DNA of 64,000 nucleotides, from the NCBI GenBank assembly GCA_951406725.2, contig OX597815.1, forward strand, positions 71,982,001 to 72,046,000. The letters are read 5' to 3'. The translations under genes and the position numbers were made by a program. The stretch is from Octopus vulgaris. Lineage: Eukaryota. This document shows, piece after piece, positions 26,914 to 39,898 of this stretch (the first letter of the stretch is position 1; every line of letters begins with the position of its first letter). The notes under the pieces are model-generated. The model worked only from the letters and a program-made list of their open reading frames with translations. It was not told the DNA's origin and searched no databases.

Positions 26914-27411
26914 AACATATAAGAGCATATATCTGCACACGTTACCATCCATCCCAATATATCTGCTAACCAAATCCGCTTACAAGGCTTTGGTTTGTCT
27001 AAGACATTGCCTATGGTGCCATGTGGTGGAACTGAACCCAAAACCACATGAAGCTACACAGTAGTAGGAGAAGGAGATCACTGAATGTGGAACACTTGAG
27101 GAAGTTGGAAAGATGTAAGAAAGTCTGACCTGTTGATGAGCAACATTAACTCAAATGAGAGATGGAGCAGAAGTGTGCCAAGAGCATGATGAGTATGGAA
27201 GACATTGATGTATATAGGAGAGAGATGGGTGCAGAGATATGAGTATGTGACACAAATGGATACAGAGTGTTGCGTAAAATATAGTATTATGTACCATCAG
27301 TGAAAAGTAATAGTAGAAATGTATTGGTAATGACAGCTACAGAGAGAGATATATAAAGCACTTTCTAGGTTGAAAGTTATTTTCCCTTTGAAGTATTTGC
27401 GAAAAGGATAC

Positions 27412-27566
27412 GGTCAACAGAAGAATGAAAATCCAGGAACCAAGAAAACCTCCCAAAATGGTGAAATATTCGGTTGATCCCAGCTGATTGCGGAACATCT
27501 GCATTCCAGCAAACAATAATACTGTAAGTGTTGAGGATAAAAAGCAGGAAGATCCAACAGAAACAG
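27412..27566 (-). CDS. KRTCAP2: KRTCAP2 exon 2
   Basis: tttccag|(A)VSVGSSCFLSSTLTVLLFAGMQMFRNQLGSTEYFTILGGFLGSWIFILLLT. LLFAGMQM is the family motif; 155 nt. Confidence 0.95.
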
Positions 27567-27709
27567 CTGGAAAAAATAAACAAATAAAAACAAATTTTAA
27601 TAATATACAAAAATTCTACAAACAAAATACTATCTTTAAGAATTTCTTTGAAAATCCATTATATGCAAAAGATTAAAAATAGGTACATGTGTATCATATT
27701 TAATGCAAA

Positions 27710-28310
27710 TATTGGGTCATCCCATAAATAATGCCATTTTCTTTCATTTTCTACAATGCTTTTCCATCTATCTGGTAGACTTGCAAGGCACCTCTTTCAA
27801 AATTCACTTGTCTGTGATGAAAAAGACTCCTCCACTACTGTTCTGACCTCGTCAACAGAATTCATATTTTTTCCGTCCAAATGATTTCGAAGACTATTGA
27901 ATAAATGAAAATCAGATGGGGCAATGTCAGGTAAATATGGTGGTTGGGGCATGGTTTCCCATTCAAACTGCTCTGGGCTTTGGAATGTCATCCTTGTTGT
28001 ATGTGGCCATGCATTATCCTGACAGAAGAACACCATCTTAAAACCACTCAAGCTGCTCACAGTAGATCTCCTTTGTTATTGTCTGTTATCATATCCCACC
28101 AAACAGATAACAACACATTACGTGAATGAAGACCTTCTTTAGCCTGGGGTGCCATTGTTTCTCCTTTCCCAACCCACTGTCTTTTGACATTTTTATAGAG
28201 AACCCATTTCTTCTCACCAGTCACTATTTGGTCCAAAAATAGTTCATTCACGAGACGTGACAGCAAAGAAGGGCACACATTCACTCCCTGCATGTGATTA
28301 GATACATGAT
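27710..28310 (-). mobile_element. Mariner (DD34D-type) transposase relic, 3' part
   Basis: IVTGEKKWVLYKN..VLLSVWWD; QDNAWPH..PYLPDIAPSDFHLF. TIR-like TATTGGGTCATCCCATAAATAATG. Confidence 0.88.
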
Positions 28311-29292
28311 GAAGGAAAGACAAGTCAATACATTAACAATATCCATGGAGTCACAGTAGATACCAGATATTGGTTGAGTATAACTATACATATCTACCTT
28401 AGGGTCCTTCCCTCTAGATTTATTATAGTGATATACTCCTCCAGAGCCAGTCCCAGCCTTTCATCCTTCAAACTTGTGTTCTGGTGCAATGAGTGCCACA
28501 AGCCCAGTAGCTATCAGGATGCAGTGCTTGAATGGATTACCTTCTCTTGGATGAGCTGCTAGAGTTGAAGGACCTTATCAGCTCTGGGTTCACTGAGGTG
28601 TCTGAGTGACTTTCTTCTGTGACATAGTAATTAACTCATAGTTGGAACCCTGAAAGATGCTACTACACCATGTGAGTGTAAATCTGGGAACAATAGTGGC
28701 TAACGGGTGATTCCACATTTCTCAAGACCCTGGAATTTCTGAATCAGGGCTCCACTACTGGATGCGGTTTAAAGTCATAGCCAGAACATAACAAGGCTAT
28801 ACAAACCATTAACCCATTAACATTTAAACCAGCCATTTCCAGCCCAAATTTTCTATCTGTTTTAAGTTAAAACTGACAAGATCCAACTTCTCACACCTCC
28901 CCTACAATGTCATTCTAAAAATATACAATCACATCAAGGAAATGCATGATTAATTCAAAACAATGTGAATAAATAAGCGACATATTGGACAAAGAAATCT
29001 GAATGCTAAAGGGTAAAATATATATACAACTATACACATACATCCAGATAGCAGATAAGTAGAGTCATTAGAACACTGAACAAAATGCTTTGTGATATTT
29101 ATTCCAGTACTTTGCGTTTCATCCATCTACAATCAATAGGAAAAACACCTGTCTTGGGTGGTAAACTGACAGAAATGTTAGAACTTTGTACTATTTGTTC
29201 TGGTTCTTTGCATTTTGACTTCAAATCCTTCTGAAGCCTGTAGCTCACTTGCTTGGTTTAAAATCCCCAGCTGATCTTTAGGTGCCTTTAGA

Positions 29293-29515
29293 TCAGTGGT
29301 TCTCAACCATTTTTTACCCATGGATTCCTTTAATTCCTAATTTACTAGGATGGACTCTCATAGCCATTCAATATTTAAAAAATTCTTTTATATTTTTATA
29401 ACTATGATTTGGTATTGTATTAAAAATTAAATATTTTATGTATTGCTGAAATATAACGAATTTATTGCACATAAATTTTAACAACTAACTCGTATATGGA
29501 CCCCCATTGGGAACC
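29293..29515. mobile_element. hAT-type MITE
   Basis: Starts CAGTGGTTCTCAACC and ends ..CCCCATTGGGAACC. Confidence 0.55.
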
Positions 29516-31001
29516 GGCCATGTCACCAGTTTGAGGATACTTTCCTCCCTTCCCGTCTCTCTCACTTATTTTAGAGACCCTGTAAAGGGTCGCGGGCACT
29601 ACCCCTTTCTTTTTTACTAAAAGATAAATACAGTTATATACATATTAGCATAGATATACGTCTAAAGACACATATACCTGAATTCATATGTATCAATACA
29701 TTTGCACACGCATATCAATAGATACGCAATAGTATACACACACACACGACATCTATATACACCTACACCTAAATACACGCATCCATAAACATGAACGCTA
29801 CCTAGACCCTCATATATCTACACATCTTCCATTGAGTACACGTCTGCTGCGTTAAGAAACTTGGGCAATGCTTTATATATATACACACACACTGTAATTC
29901 AATATGTACAACCAATTTATGTTATAAGATTCTGCCAGAAAAATGTAATAAATAGAACAAAGCAAATAACGGTTTCAAATTTTGGCACAAGGCCAGCAAT
30001 TTTAGGGCAGGAAGTAAGTCGATACCTCGAGCCCAGTGCTCAACTGGTAGGTTTTAATGACCCCGAAAGGATGAAAGGCAGACTACCTCGGTGGAATCTG
30101 AACTTCGAACGTAAAGCGCCGGAAGAAATTCTGCTAAGAATTTCATCCAACGTGCAAACGATTCTAACAGCTCATCGTGTCGAACATTAAAAACCGAGCT
30201 TTTTAAATAACATCACAGTCGTAAATATATCAGCCTCAGATTAAAAGCTGAACACTATGAACGAATGCATCGACATTATACTCACATTTATTATAATACA
30301 TTAAACTGTATAATGTAGTTGTTATTTAGCCACATGTCAGTCTGGATGCAACAAGCCTATTTATGATCGAAAGCCTTTCATTCGTGAGTATCCAATCTCA
30401 CAAATTTGTGAATCGAAGACTATCCCGTTAAACGTGTCCTTCCTGTTTCAATACAGTAGGTTGTGATATAAGGGGAAATTTAGCTGCTGCTTCTACCAGA
30501 CAGAGCGATCACATAGATGTTGGTTTGAAACGGTTTGGTTAGTATCTAGATCCTCATATTCCTTTAATATACAATGCATTACAACTGTTAGACATTTTCG
30601 TTTCCATTTTTCCCACCGGGTGCGGATCTAGATATTAACATATAGGTACGTATATAAGTAAAGGGCCTATGACCCAAAGCATTTGAATTCTAGAAGTGTT
30701 AATCCCATTTTTTACACTTAGATATCGAAGACTAAATATCCAAAATGTAGTTTCTGTTTTAATAGTGATATAAGAGAAAATTGGTTGCTAATTCTAGCAG
30801 GTCGAAATTGTGATGTTGGTTCAAAATACAGGCGTGGATGAACGACAACACGACAAAATCATTCAAAAGAACAACGATAATAAAGACAGTCAGGTAAAAC
30901 AACATCTCACTCATTATATCAAAAGATATATTAAAATACAAAAGGAAATAAAATTAAATTAACAATTAAGGATAAAAATATGTTCGTGTTTGCCTTCTTA
31001 C

Positions 31002-31005
31002 CCAT
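31002..31005 (-). CDS. KRTCAP2: KRTCAP2 exon 1 coding part (ATG G)
   Basis: caaaa ATG G|gtaag; phase 1 joins exon 2 (G+CT = Ala). The five exons sum to 390 nt = 129 aa + stop. Confidence 0.85.
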
Positions 31006-31029
31006 TTTTGAAGAGAATCGTGTGCTGGC

Positions 31030-31130
31030 GTGGCAACCGGAAGAACGACTCTATTGCTACAACTTCCTGTGTATACAACGTTGTTGATATCAGAGTTGCC
31101 GGTTGACTTCCGTTTGTCCTTTGACCTCGT
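31030..31130. promoter_or_regulatory. Putative KRTCAP2 proximal promoter
   Basis: CpG-containing stretch with ETS-type CCGGAAG (31037), ACTTCCTG (31062), ACTTCCG (31106) and a DR1-like TGTCCTTTGACCT (about 31115-31127), immediately upstream of the ATG. Confidence 0.55.
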
Positions 31131-33754
31131 TTGTATATAATCGAATATGTTGGACAGGTCTCGATTTTGATTATTTATTGATAGATTTCATTTTTATGTT
31201 CTTTTTCCTTTTCTTTCGTAAATGAAGTAAAATATGACTTAGAGAGAGAGAGAGAGAAAAGCTAAAAGGTTAACTTTTTCCTTTTTTTGCATTGTAAGAA
31301 ACCTACCGTCTTACTATTTTGCCATTTTACTTCAAATATAATGTATATAAAATATATATACTTGTGTGAATTCCAATATCGTTTCATTAAAATGGATACT
31401 GCCTTTTCGATTTTACTACAGTAAATCAAAAAGATTACTTGTTTGCAGTTAATTATATCGTTTGTGACTTTTGTGCCAGCGTTAGAAATTAATAATTGCG
31501 AACGCAGCCATGAATGGCATGTTAAATAAGACTGTACACAATAATTGTTTACAATTTTAAGTGTCTAACTCAGGTTCCATCACCGCTGGCATCTCTTTTG
31601 ATACACGTGTGTCATTAACACATAAAGCGCGACGAGCCACAGGTCGACAGACCACGATCGTGGCCCAGATAGATGCATTTGATTTATTGGCGTTTGTTGG
31701 GGTCTAATGTCACTCAAACGCTGCGATACCCCCTAGAATGCAAGAGGACTAATAGTTCAACTGACTTTTCAGATGATGTAAAACTTGCCACCATTATATA
31801 CTAGAAAGATATTTTAACTTTTTTTTTTGTTTTGTTTTTTATCTATACATGGTAGTCTCATTTTCATAAAATGTGCTCAGCATTCCATGCTATGTAAGTG
31901 CAAATCCCAACACTTTATAGGTTAATGCATTTGAGGAAGTCATGAACGGCCCATAATATCACCACCCTCATTGCACTATAAATGAAAGAAAAAGTAATTT
32001 TTCTGATGTAAATAATTCAGTTGCTGCTTCGTGGTTCAAGACATTTTCTCTGTCTCAACCCCAAGTTAAAAGTCGAGATGATAAGCCTTTCAGAAATGAA
32101 AATTATTAAATACTGTGAAGTACCCGTTAATTTATGAGTTCAAATCCTAGCGGAGATGACTCTGCCTTTCATCTATCTGGATCAATGATTACCGCACTGA
32201 TGTCACTAGTCTCACCGGGGATCTTTCCGAATTCATGGGTACAACTCTCATGTTTGAGTCAAAACGAACATTAGGCACGAAGCCTCAAAGGTTAGTTTAC
32301 TAAATTGACTTCAGTACTTGACTGGTGCTTTATTTTTACCGACCACTGGAGGATGAAAGGTAGAGTTTATTTATGCGGATTTGAATTCAGCACGTAAAAA
32401 GAGTCAGGCATTTCGTTTGATGTTCCAACAATTATGCGAATTCACTGGTGTATCCATAATAAGGGAAGTAACTTCAATATTATTTTATCCTTAAATGTTT
32501 AAGTCCCTTATTTTCGAGAAATTAGTTGATTTAATAAAGTTGTGGTTTTAGTTTATGTTACTGAATTATGAGAGAGGACAATACGATATAATTCTCTGTT
32601 AGCATTGAATTAAATGTCTCAATTTACCCCACTGAAGTCAAACTTTGCCTTTCATTATTCCAGAGTCATTAAAGAAAAAGAAGGAAAAAAATGCCAACCC
32701 AGGCTAAGGATTGGTGGAGCTATTACAGGGTCGGACAAGATGACTTGTGGTATCTGCTCTGCCTTTTTGAGTTCCGACAGCAACGTCTGTGACAACACTG
32801 GTGTGGAGTTATATGTGTGTAAGTCGGTGGCTTTGCTCTTGGATAAACATCTGTGGCATGAAGAGAAACTTGTATGTATGGGTAACAACTAGTTTTGTTA
32901 GAAAAAAACTTTTGTCTATCCCAACACATATGGGCAGATGCGTGGTCAGGATTGACTAATGGAAGCCCCCAAACGCGCACCTATGATTTAGAAGTGTCTT
33001 CTGCCATAGCTTCGGCTTCAACAAAGCCTTTATAAGCGAAGTTGTGAAAGCAGAAACTGTGCAGAAGCTTTTCCGAATGGGTATGAGGCGTTTGGGCGCA
33101 GCTGTTTTGGCTCTACTTATTTGGTCGCTGATTTATTTGACATTTGACCCCACCTTTCTATCTGTATGTGTATATTTCTGCGCGTACGTGTTAGCCTCCA
33201 GTGTCAAAAAGCATTGTCTCCAAAAGAGGAGGAATGTCTAGTGAGTCAGCCGTGTGAAATCGTCAGCGTCCAAACAGCTGCGCCCAGTCGTCCCATTCTG
33301 TTTCATGTTGCGCTGTACATGTTCGTCTGGTTTAAATCACCAACGACCCATCACTTAAAAAAATAATAAAAAATTTCAGGCCATATCTTTCATACGAAGT
33401 TTACTTCATCAACTTCCACTGCTTCTTAATGTGATTTGTCATTTCTTACTCGCCAGTTCTACAACTCTGCTAAAATAAGTCTTGGATTCTGGCTTTCGTC
33501 TTCTGACTAAGCTTCAAGAAGGAAAACGGTGGTAGTCAACATAAAAACGCTTACTGACACAAGAGAGGAGGTTTTTCTTTCAAAATATGATGTATTCTTT
33601 ATCATAAGAGAGGTTCTGACTTCTAGGAATTAATGCTCTCTCTCTCTCTCTCTCTCTTTCACACACACACACTCTGCATACACTAACTCACATACGTGTG
33701 CGCGCGCACAAACACACACATACATTCCTCTTATAGACAATACTAGAATATAGC

Positions 33755-33970
33755 TTGAGCTGGCAGAAACGTTAGCACGCCGGGCGAAATGCGTAGCCGT
33801 ATTTCGTCTGTCGTTACGTTCTGAGTTCAAATTCCGCCGAGGTCGACTTTGCCTTTCATCCTTTCGGTGTCGATAAATTAAGTACCAGTTACGCACTGGA
33901 GTGGATGTAATCGACTTAATCCTCTTGGTTGTCCTCCCTGTGTTAGCTCCTTGTGGTTAGTAAAGAAATA
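33755..33970 (+). mobile_element. tRNA-derived SINE (CpG-intact copy)
   Basis: GAGCTGGCAGAAACGTTAGCACGCCGGGCGAAATGC..GAGTTCAAATTCCGCCGAGGTCGAC. Confidence 0.88.
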
Positions 33971-34769
33971 TATAAATAGAAAATTAAGGGAGGTAACTCT
34001 ATATATATTCTTATCTCCCTTAGTTCTCTTTTAAGTTCAGTCAGTATAACTAACATATCTCATTTTTATTGCTCTTTATTACCGACACCAACTCTCTGCA
34101 GTTTCCCCGCTTTTCAAAATTAAAATCGTTTCAGTCGTAACTGTCCTGTCATTTTGTGTATCAGACACTTTGTTATCTATTATGTTCATCTTTATTTAAG
34201 ACGTATTGAGGGAGATTTGGCTGCCATTTTTAGTGGGCAACTCTTTAGCCTGATATTTTACTTCGCAAAACAATCACTACCACTTCAACACGCTACACAG
34301 TGCTAAGACTTTCAATCACTCGTGCGAAATGCTCTACGTAGCTGTTTCGTCGTCTTTTCACACTCAGAATTGTCGAAGTATGGAATAAGCTACCTGCTTC
34401 AGTTGTCAACTGTCTGGACACGGCTTCCTTCAAAAATTCCATCCTAACATGTCTATGCGCTCTTTTTTCTTCGTGACTCTTTTACTGTTCACTTTTCTAT
34501 CCTTCTCTGTTTATTCTGTGTTTTATGCATGTACTTCTAGCTTTCATTGCTGTCTTTTTTTTTTTTACTTGATTTATGATGTCCACATCCTGTTCTCTTT
34601 TAAACCATTTGGATTGCCGAGGTCGACTTTACCTTTCAACCTTTCGGGGTCGATTAAAACAAGTACCAGTTACGCACTGGAGTCGATATAATCGACTTAA
34701 TCCTTTTGTCTGTCCTTGTTTGTCCCCTCTGTGTTTAGTCCCTTGTGGGTAGTAAAGAAATAGGATTGT

Positions 34770-35520
34770 TAGGTTGAATCGTCAAGAAATCATTCAAGAG
34801 AAAGTGTTGTCTTTGTTTGAGGACCTGAAGAAAAAGTATCTAGATGAGAAAGATGTAGAGTTCAAGGCAAGTCAAGGATGGTTCGTGAGATTTAAGGAAC
34901 GAAGAAGTTATCACTCCATTAAGAAGTAAGGTGTAAGTGCATCACCTGACGAACAGGCAACAGCGGAATTTCCTAATGCATTAAAGAAAATCATCGAAGA
35001 AAACGAGTTTTATTCCGAGCAGATTTTTAACGGATGAAACTGGATTGTATTGGAAAAAATTGCCAGACCGTTCATTCATTTCCAAGGACGAGAAAACTAT
35101 TCCAGACTACAAGGTCTCAAAAGAATGTGTGACCATTATATTGGGAAATAACTGTGTAGGAGATCTTAAGTTAAAGCCATCGCTTGTGTATCATGCACAC
35201 AACCCCCCGTGCCCTGAAGAACATACCCAAGGCATCTCTCCCTGTTATATTGATGGCTAATTCAAAAGCATGGGTTACTGTTGTTGTTTTTGAAGATTGG
35301 TTCTTCAATCATTTTATCCCAGCAGCAGAGACGTACTGTAAGGAGAAGAGGATTCCTTTTAAGGTTTTACTTATCTTAGATAATACTCCTGGTCACCCAC
35401 AAAACAACGTAGATTTTGACTCCAACGTTACCGTCGTATACCTCCCTCCGAACACCACATTTTTTCGGCAGCCAATGGATCAGTGAATAATTGCTATCTT
35501 CAAGCGTTACTATATGAATT
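34770..35520 (+). mobile_element. Tigger/pogo transposase relic (CENP-B-type HTH plus DDE_1)
   Basis: FKASQGWFVRFKER; IFN.DETGLYWKKLP; NSKAWVT..FEDWF; LLILDNTPGHP..YLPPNTT..QPMDQ; frameshifts present. Confidence 0.92.
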
Positions 35521-35659
35521 GCGGTAGCTTGAAGATCCACCCACTACACGCGATAGACTGGCGGTTGCGCGGGCGCGAAAGCTACGTTATCCTCATTCCG
35601 TAAATGGTGGCTTTTAACGGGTGGAGAGCTGAACCATCCTGGGGTAAAGAGGATTCGCA

Positions 35660-35922
35660 ATCTAGACTATGGTCTGAAAGTTTACCACACCATAGTGGGT
35701 TACACCATGGTTCCTCTGCTTTGTGGCTGAAGTAGGAAGAAAGAGTGAGAGAAAGTTGTGGTGAAAGCGTACAGCGGGGTTCACCAACCCTTCCCGCCGG
35801 AGCCTCGTGGAGCTTAGGTGTTTTTGGTCAATAAACACTCACAATGCCCGGTCTGGGAATCGAAACCGCGTTCTTACGGCCGCGAGTCCGCTGCTCTAAC
35901 CACCGGACCATTGCGCCTCCAC
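35660..35922 (-). mobile_element. tRNA-derived SINE (second family)
   Basis: GGAGGCGCAATGGTCCGGTGGTTAGAGCAGCGGACTCGCG..GGTTTCGATTCCC head followed by a non-tRNA body. Confidence 0.75.
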
Positions 35923-36561
35923 ATGGTAGTGGTTATGTAGGTCAGGTCATCGACCGATTGACGAGACGTGACCCGCACAGGCATGTTTCAAGATATATAC
36001 CACTTCCTTTAATCTAGCCGGGGACTATACTTCGTGATCTGATATGCTGTTGGGACGAATAATTATATAGCATATGCAGCAGTATGAATCTAGTGAAGTT
36101 GAGTGACCTAGTGGTTAGGATGGTCCACTCACAATCGTGGTTTCGATTCTCGAACCGGACGGTGAAGTCTGTTATGTTCTTTAGTAAAACACTTCATTTC
36201 ACGCTGCTTCAATCCACTCGGCTGTGAATGTGTAGCCCCTGCGACAGATTGGCATCCCGTTTAGGGGAGATGTGATTTCGGTCATGGAGATTGAATACCC
36301 GGCCTTATGATTCCTATGACTCGAAACAGTTAATGTTCAGATGTTGGTGGTGGTGGTGGTGGTGGCAGCGGCGGTGGAGATGGTGATGATGATGATGGTG
36401 GTGGTGGTGATGATGATGGTGACGGTGATGGTGATCATGATGAATGGTGAGTCTGGGCAGGTTTAGTATAAGCAGGAAACTCTCCTCAAGCTGAGACTTG
36501 ATTCCTAGTCATAGATATTTCACGTTCAGAAACGATATAATCATAGCCCCCAATTCCCTAT

Positions 36562-37103
36562 ACAGTTATGCTTCGTTATACGAGTTAATTTGTTCCCGGA
36601 GGCCGCTCGTAAAGCAGGGCAATAATTTCCCATAGTAGTAATGTTATAAATCGTAATTCGTTCCCAGAAAATATTTTACCTATAAAATTTATAATTCTCA
36701 TAAATGAATGGCAATAAAACAACAGTAGAATGTAAAGAATATTTTATGTAAAGTAAAAAGTATGTCAAGATCATTTCTAATAAAAAAAATTATTATTGCA
36801 ATCGTTTTCTGAATCACTTTCACTCGCACTAGACTGGCACACATCATCACTTGCGGACGCGATTGCCGATTCACAAGCACTCGTAGACGGATTTGTAGAT
36901 TTATTTTTAAAAACAAGTCTAGAGTTGTTTGCTTAGAAGCTTTTTCACTCTCAATAAAATTTCTCGCTAACACGCAGAAGCTTTTGTTATGGTAGTATAA
37001 ACTTTTGCACTTCGTTCAAAATTTGGATCTTGTGCTTGAAAAATACAACTCGTAAAGCGGGGATCTCGTAATGTGGATCCTCGTAAAGTAAGGCATCACT
37101 GTA
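36562..37103 (-). mobile_element. Tigger-derived non-autonomous element
   Basis: Inverted termini TA-CAGTTATGCTTCG / GCATCACTG-TA. The minus strand retains KQTTLDLFLK, a Tigger C-terminal motif. Confidence 0.75.
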
Positions 37104-38424
37104 TCCTTTTCATGAAATATTAAATTTTGGTTTCTGTCTCTCAATATCAAGTATTTAAACTGTCTTTTCAATCACAAACACTGCCAAAAAAACTAAAAGG
37201 TTTCATTCACAGGCTTTAAAGTTTGGCTCAATGACACATTGTAGTAGCAGTTGTGGGGTACGTAAAATCGATTGAATAAATTCCGATATATTTGTCTATT
37301 TATAAAAAAATGTCGGTGATGTTATTAAACTTCCTTCCTCCTCCTTCTTTTAGCACAACCATCACTACTACTACGACAATGACCACCACCATTACTTCTA
37401 CTACTACTACAACTATTACCACTACCACTACTTCTACAACTTGTTACTTGTTGTTCTTGCCATCGTTGTTGTTGTTTAGCCCAAGGTCAGCTCCGCTCAA
37501 ACAGCCCTTTGATCAAATGATTTCAAGCCTTGACCCTCTTTTTGTGAGATATCGTTAGTGCGTTGGATAAAATGCCTCGCAGTATTACCTCTAACTCTCT
37601 TAACGCCCCTTTTTTAAGTATTTGTTATGCCTAGCACCCACTTGAGTGGCGAGTGAATTATCACAACTTAACATGGATGGTGATTTATAAATTTTACTCA
37701 GAAAAATGGATTGTATAAGCTTTTAACAGTGGAATAATTAAAAAATTTGTTTTGTGTCTGGGGAGAGTCATACTGTCTTAATGCCTTATTATCTCACCAA
37801 AAAAGACAAAAGTTGTAAATTTTCTCTATGCGTTGCAAGTTAATGACTTCCCTGTGCCTGGTGAAATCTAAATTTTCTATATCAGGTTCAATGTGAGTCA
37901 AAAGAAGTCGTAAGTCTCCTTGACATATTGCAAATTATTCCGTTGTTTATATAATTACTATTATATGCAAACTTTAGTTTGTTAATTAGGTTACCTCACC
38001 GCCCCGCCTCACTACCCCCTCCAATCTAATGCCCTCCCCACTTCGACATAACCCGGCGCCCCCTTGGTGACGGTGCCGCCCATGTTGAGAACCTCTGTAT
38101 TATACGAACCAGCTAATCAAATCGTTAGATTAGATCTATTTTTTTCTCACGGCATAAATTTTTGTACTTCAGAATTATGATTGCTTGTCAAGTGACTTAA
38201 TCTGAGAACGTTTATTCAAACTGAAACCAGTTAGTCATTAAAAAAAAAAAGTACATTGCTGTGGTGATGCAGACATGGCTGTCTCAAGTTCAGTTCCAAT
38301 ACATGGTGCTTTGAGAAAATTCCTTTACAATAGACCCGAATTAACCCAGTACCTTGTGGGTGAATTTGGTTAACGAGGGAAGCCCATCGTATGTATATGT
38401 GTATGTCTGTATGTGTATACATAC

Positions 38425-39250
38425 ATGTTTCGTGCATGCGATCGGGAACCTCAATCAAGCAGCACTTTCTTGTATCCCTTTCTTCAGCATCAAACGCACA
38501 GTATCCGTTATGCCACTCTCCTTGGTAATATTTCCGATGCATATACTTCGATTTATTTATTTCCACAATAATCTGACATCCTGCAGCATCCACCCCACCG
38601 AGTTGTAGGTGTGCCCGCAAATGCTACGTCTCTCAAGAAATTACACCAACCAACCACAGTATTATTACTTATTTATTTATTGCTCACAGGGGGCTAAACA
38701 TAGAAGGAACAAACAAGGACAGACAAACAGATTAAGTCGATTACATCGACCCTAGTGCGTAACTGGTACTTATTTAAACGACCCCGAAAAGGATGAAAGG
38801 CAAAGTCAACCTCGGCGGATTTTGAACTCAGAACGTAGCGGCTGACGAAATACTGCTAAGCATTTCGCCCAGTGTGCTAACGATGCTGCCAGCTTGCCGC
38901 CTTATATTATTACTTATTTGCAGCACAAAATCATTTCGTTTGCGAATAGTCTCTTACCTACATATACATTAGCTGAATTGTAATGGGTAAAGTCAAATGA
39001 CTTTCTCAAAAAGGGAATTAGTTCATATAGTGAATTCACAAGAACAATGTCACCTCCCCGTCTGTTATTTCTCCACAGCTCATTAACTGTGCAGGACTAT
39101 TACGTCCTCCGCATGTAACTGTGTTGGCTAACATGCGTCGACATGCAAGCCATCGAATTCCCTTGTCAGTAGTGTTCGTTCCTGGGTATGGTATGTTTGT
39201 ACGGTGTACCTCAGCTGCTATTTGTGAAAAAGCAGTAGAGATCTAGAATT
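38425..39250 (-). mobile_element. Merlin/IS1016-like transposase relic interrupted by a SINE (about 38675-38903)
   Basis: IVEINKSKYMHRKYYQG..CAFDAEERDTRKCCLIEVPDR matches the VEIDESK..RKY.RG..WVFG..ER..C..V.DR pattern of ISXO2/Merlin DDE proteins. The extent beyond the SINE is less certain. Confidence 0.7.
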
Positions 39251-39738
39251 TACTACAGATGTAGGTGCATGTAGACTGGCACAACAAGGGAGTTGTTATT
39301 CTTTTTATGAAATTTTAGGGTGTCAGCGTCGTCCCTTCCGGTGGGGGTTTTTTTTTTTTGTGGTGGTGGGGGGATATTTTACTTTCACTTTTTTACGACA
39401 GTAAACTTCATGCTATCCGAATAGTGGATTTAACGAAGGTTAATGACTTTCCGACAACAGCGTGGAGGCTTAGAAATCCTGGCTTTGTGTCTGATGTGCT
39501 ATAAGACCCCTGGAAGTGAAGTACTCATTAGCTTTTGTTAAAGCATGTTCTTTAGAGGCGCTCACTATTGTGTCCACAACTAAACCGGTGGAATTATTGG
39601 ACAGACGAGCTGGGTTCCACAGCCAGCTCCGAGCTTAAACAATCACTTCCTGTGAATGCCAGTTAAAAGGCAAATGCTGAAGGAAAAGTAACTGATTAGA
39701 AAAATAACTCATTTAGGGTATTTATATAAATTGAAGAG

Positions 39739-39898
39739 GGCGATCCTTCGGTATAGGTACCGTAAGAAGCTTTGTTTATATTTCTGAAGATAACAGAAAT
39801 CCTTTTCTCCCACCCCTAACCCCCCCTCCCCATATATATAAAAAAAAACTTTCTTGAAATGTATCCGGTACTTCCGATACCTATACCGAAGTTACGCC
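39739..39898. mobile_element. Merlin-like MITE (160 bp)
   Basis: About 28-bp TIRs (GGCGATCCTTCGGTATAGGTACCGTAAG / CTTCCGATACCTATACCGAAGTTACGCC). AATTGAAG is repeated at 39729 and 39899, consistent with an 8-bp TSD (left copy offset by 2 nt). Confidence 0.7.

Larger units (their letters stand above)
24798..27411 (-). other. KRTCAP2: U12-type (minor spliceosome) GT-AG intron of KRTCAP2
   Basis: Donor GTATCCTTTT; 3' end TTTCTTTAAC-agttccatcag, i.e. a U12-like branch point close to the AG with no polypyrimidine tract. Confidence 0.9.

Noticed and set aside
27556-27570. GAAACAGCTG hammerhead-like word
   Set aside because: It coincides with the KRTCAP2 exon 2 acceptor on the opposite strand, and no upstream CUGANGA or stem II is present.
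31147-31165. Possible divergent plus-strand micro-exon ATGTTGGACAG|gtctcg near the KRTCAP2 promoter
   Set aside because: Weak donor and no matching downstream exon identified.
35850-35922. tRNA-like sequence with A and B boxes
   Set aside because: The acceptor stem does not close and the sequence runs into a SINE body; it is a SINE head, like the other copies.
39878-39895. loxP-like arm (TAACTTCGGTATAG on the minus strand)
   Set aside because: Only a partial resemblance; better explained as a MITE TIR, and there is no 8-bp spacer geometry.
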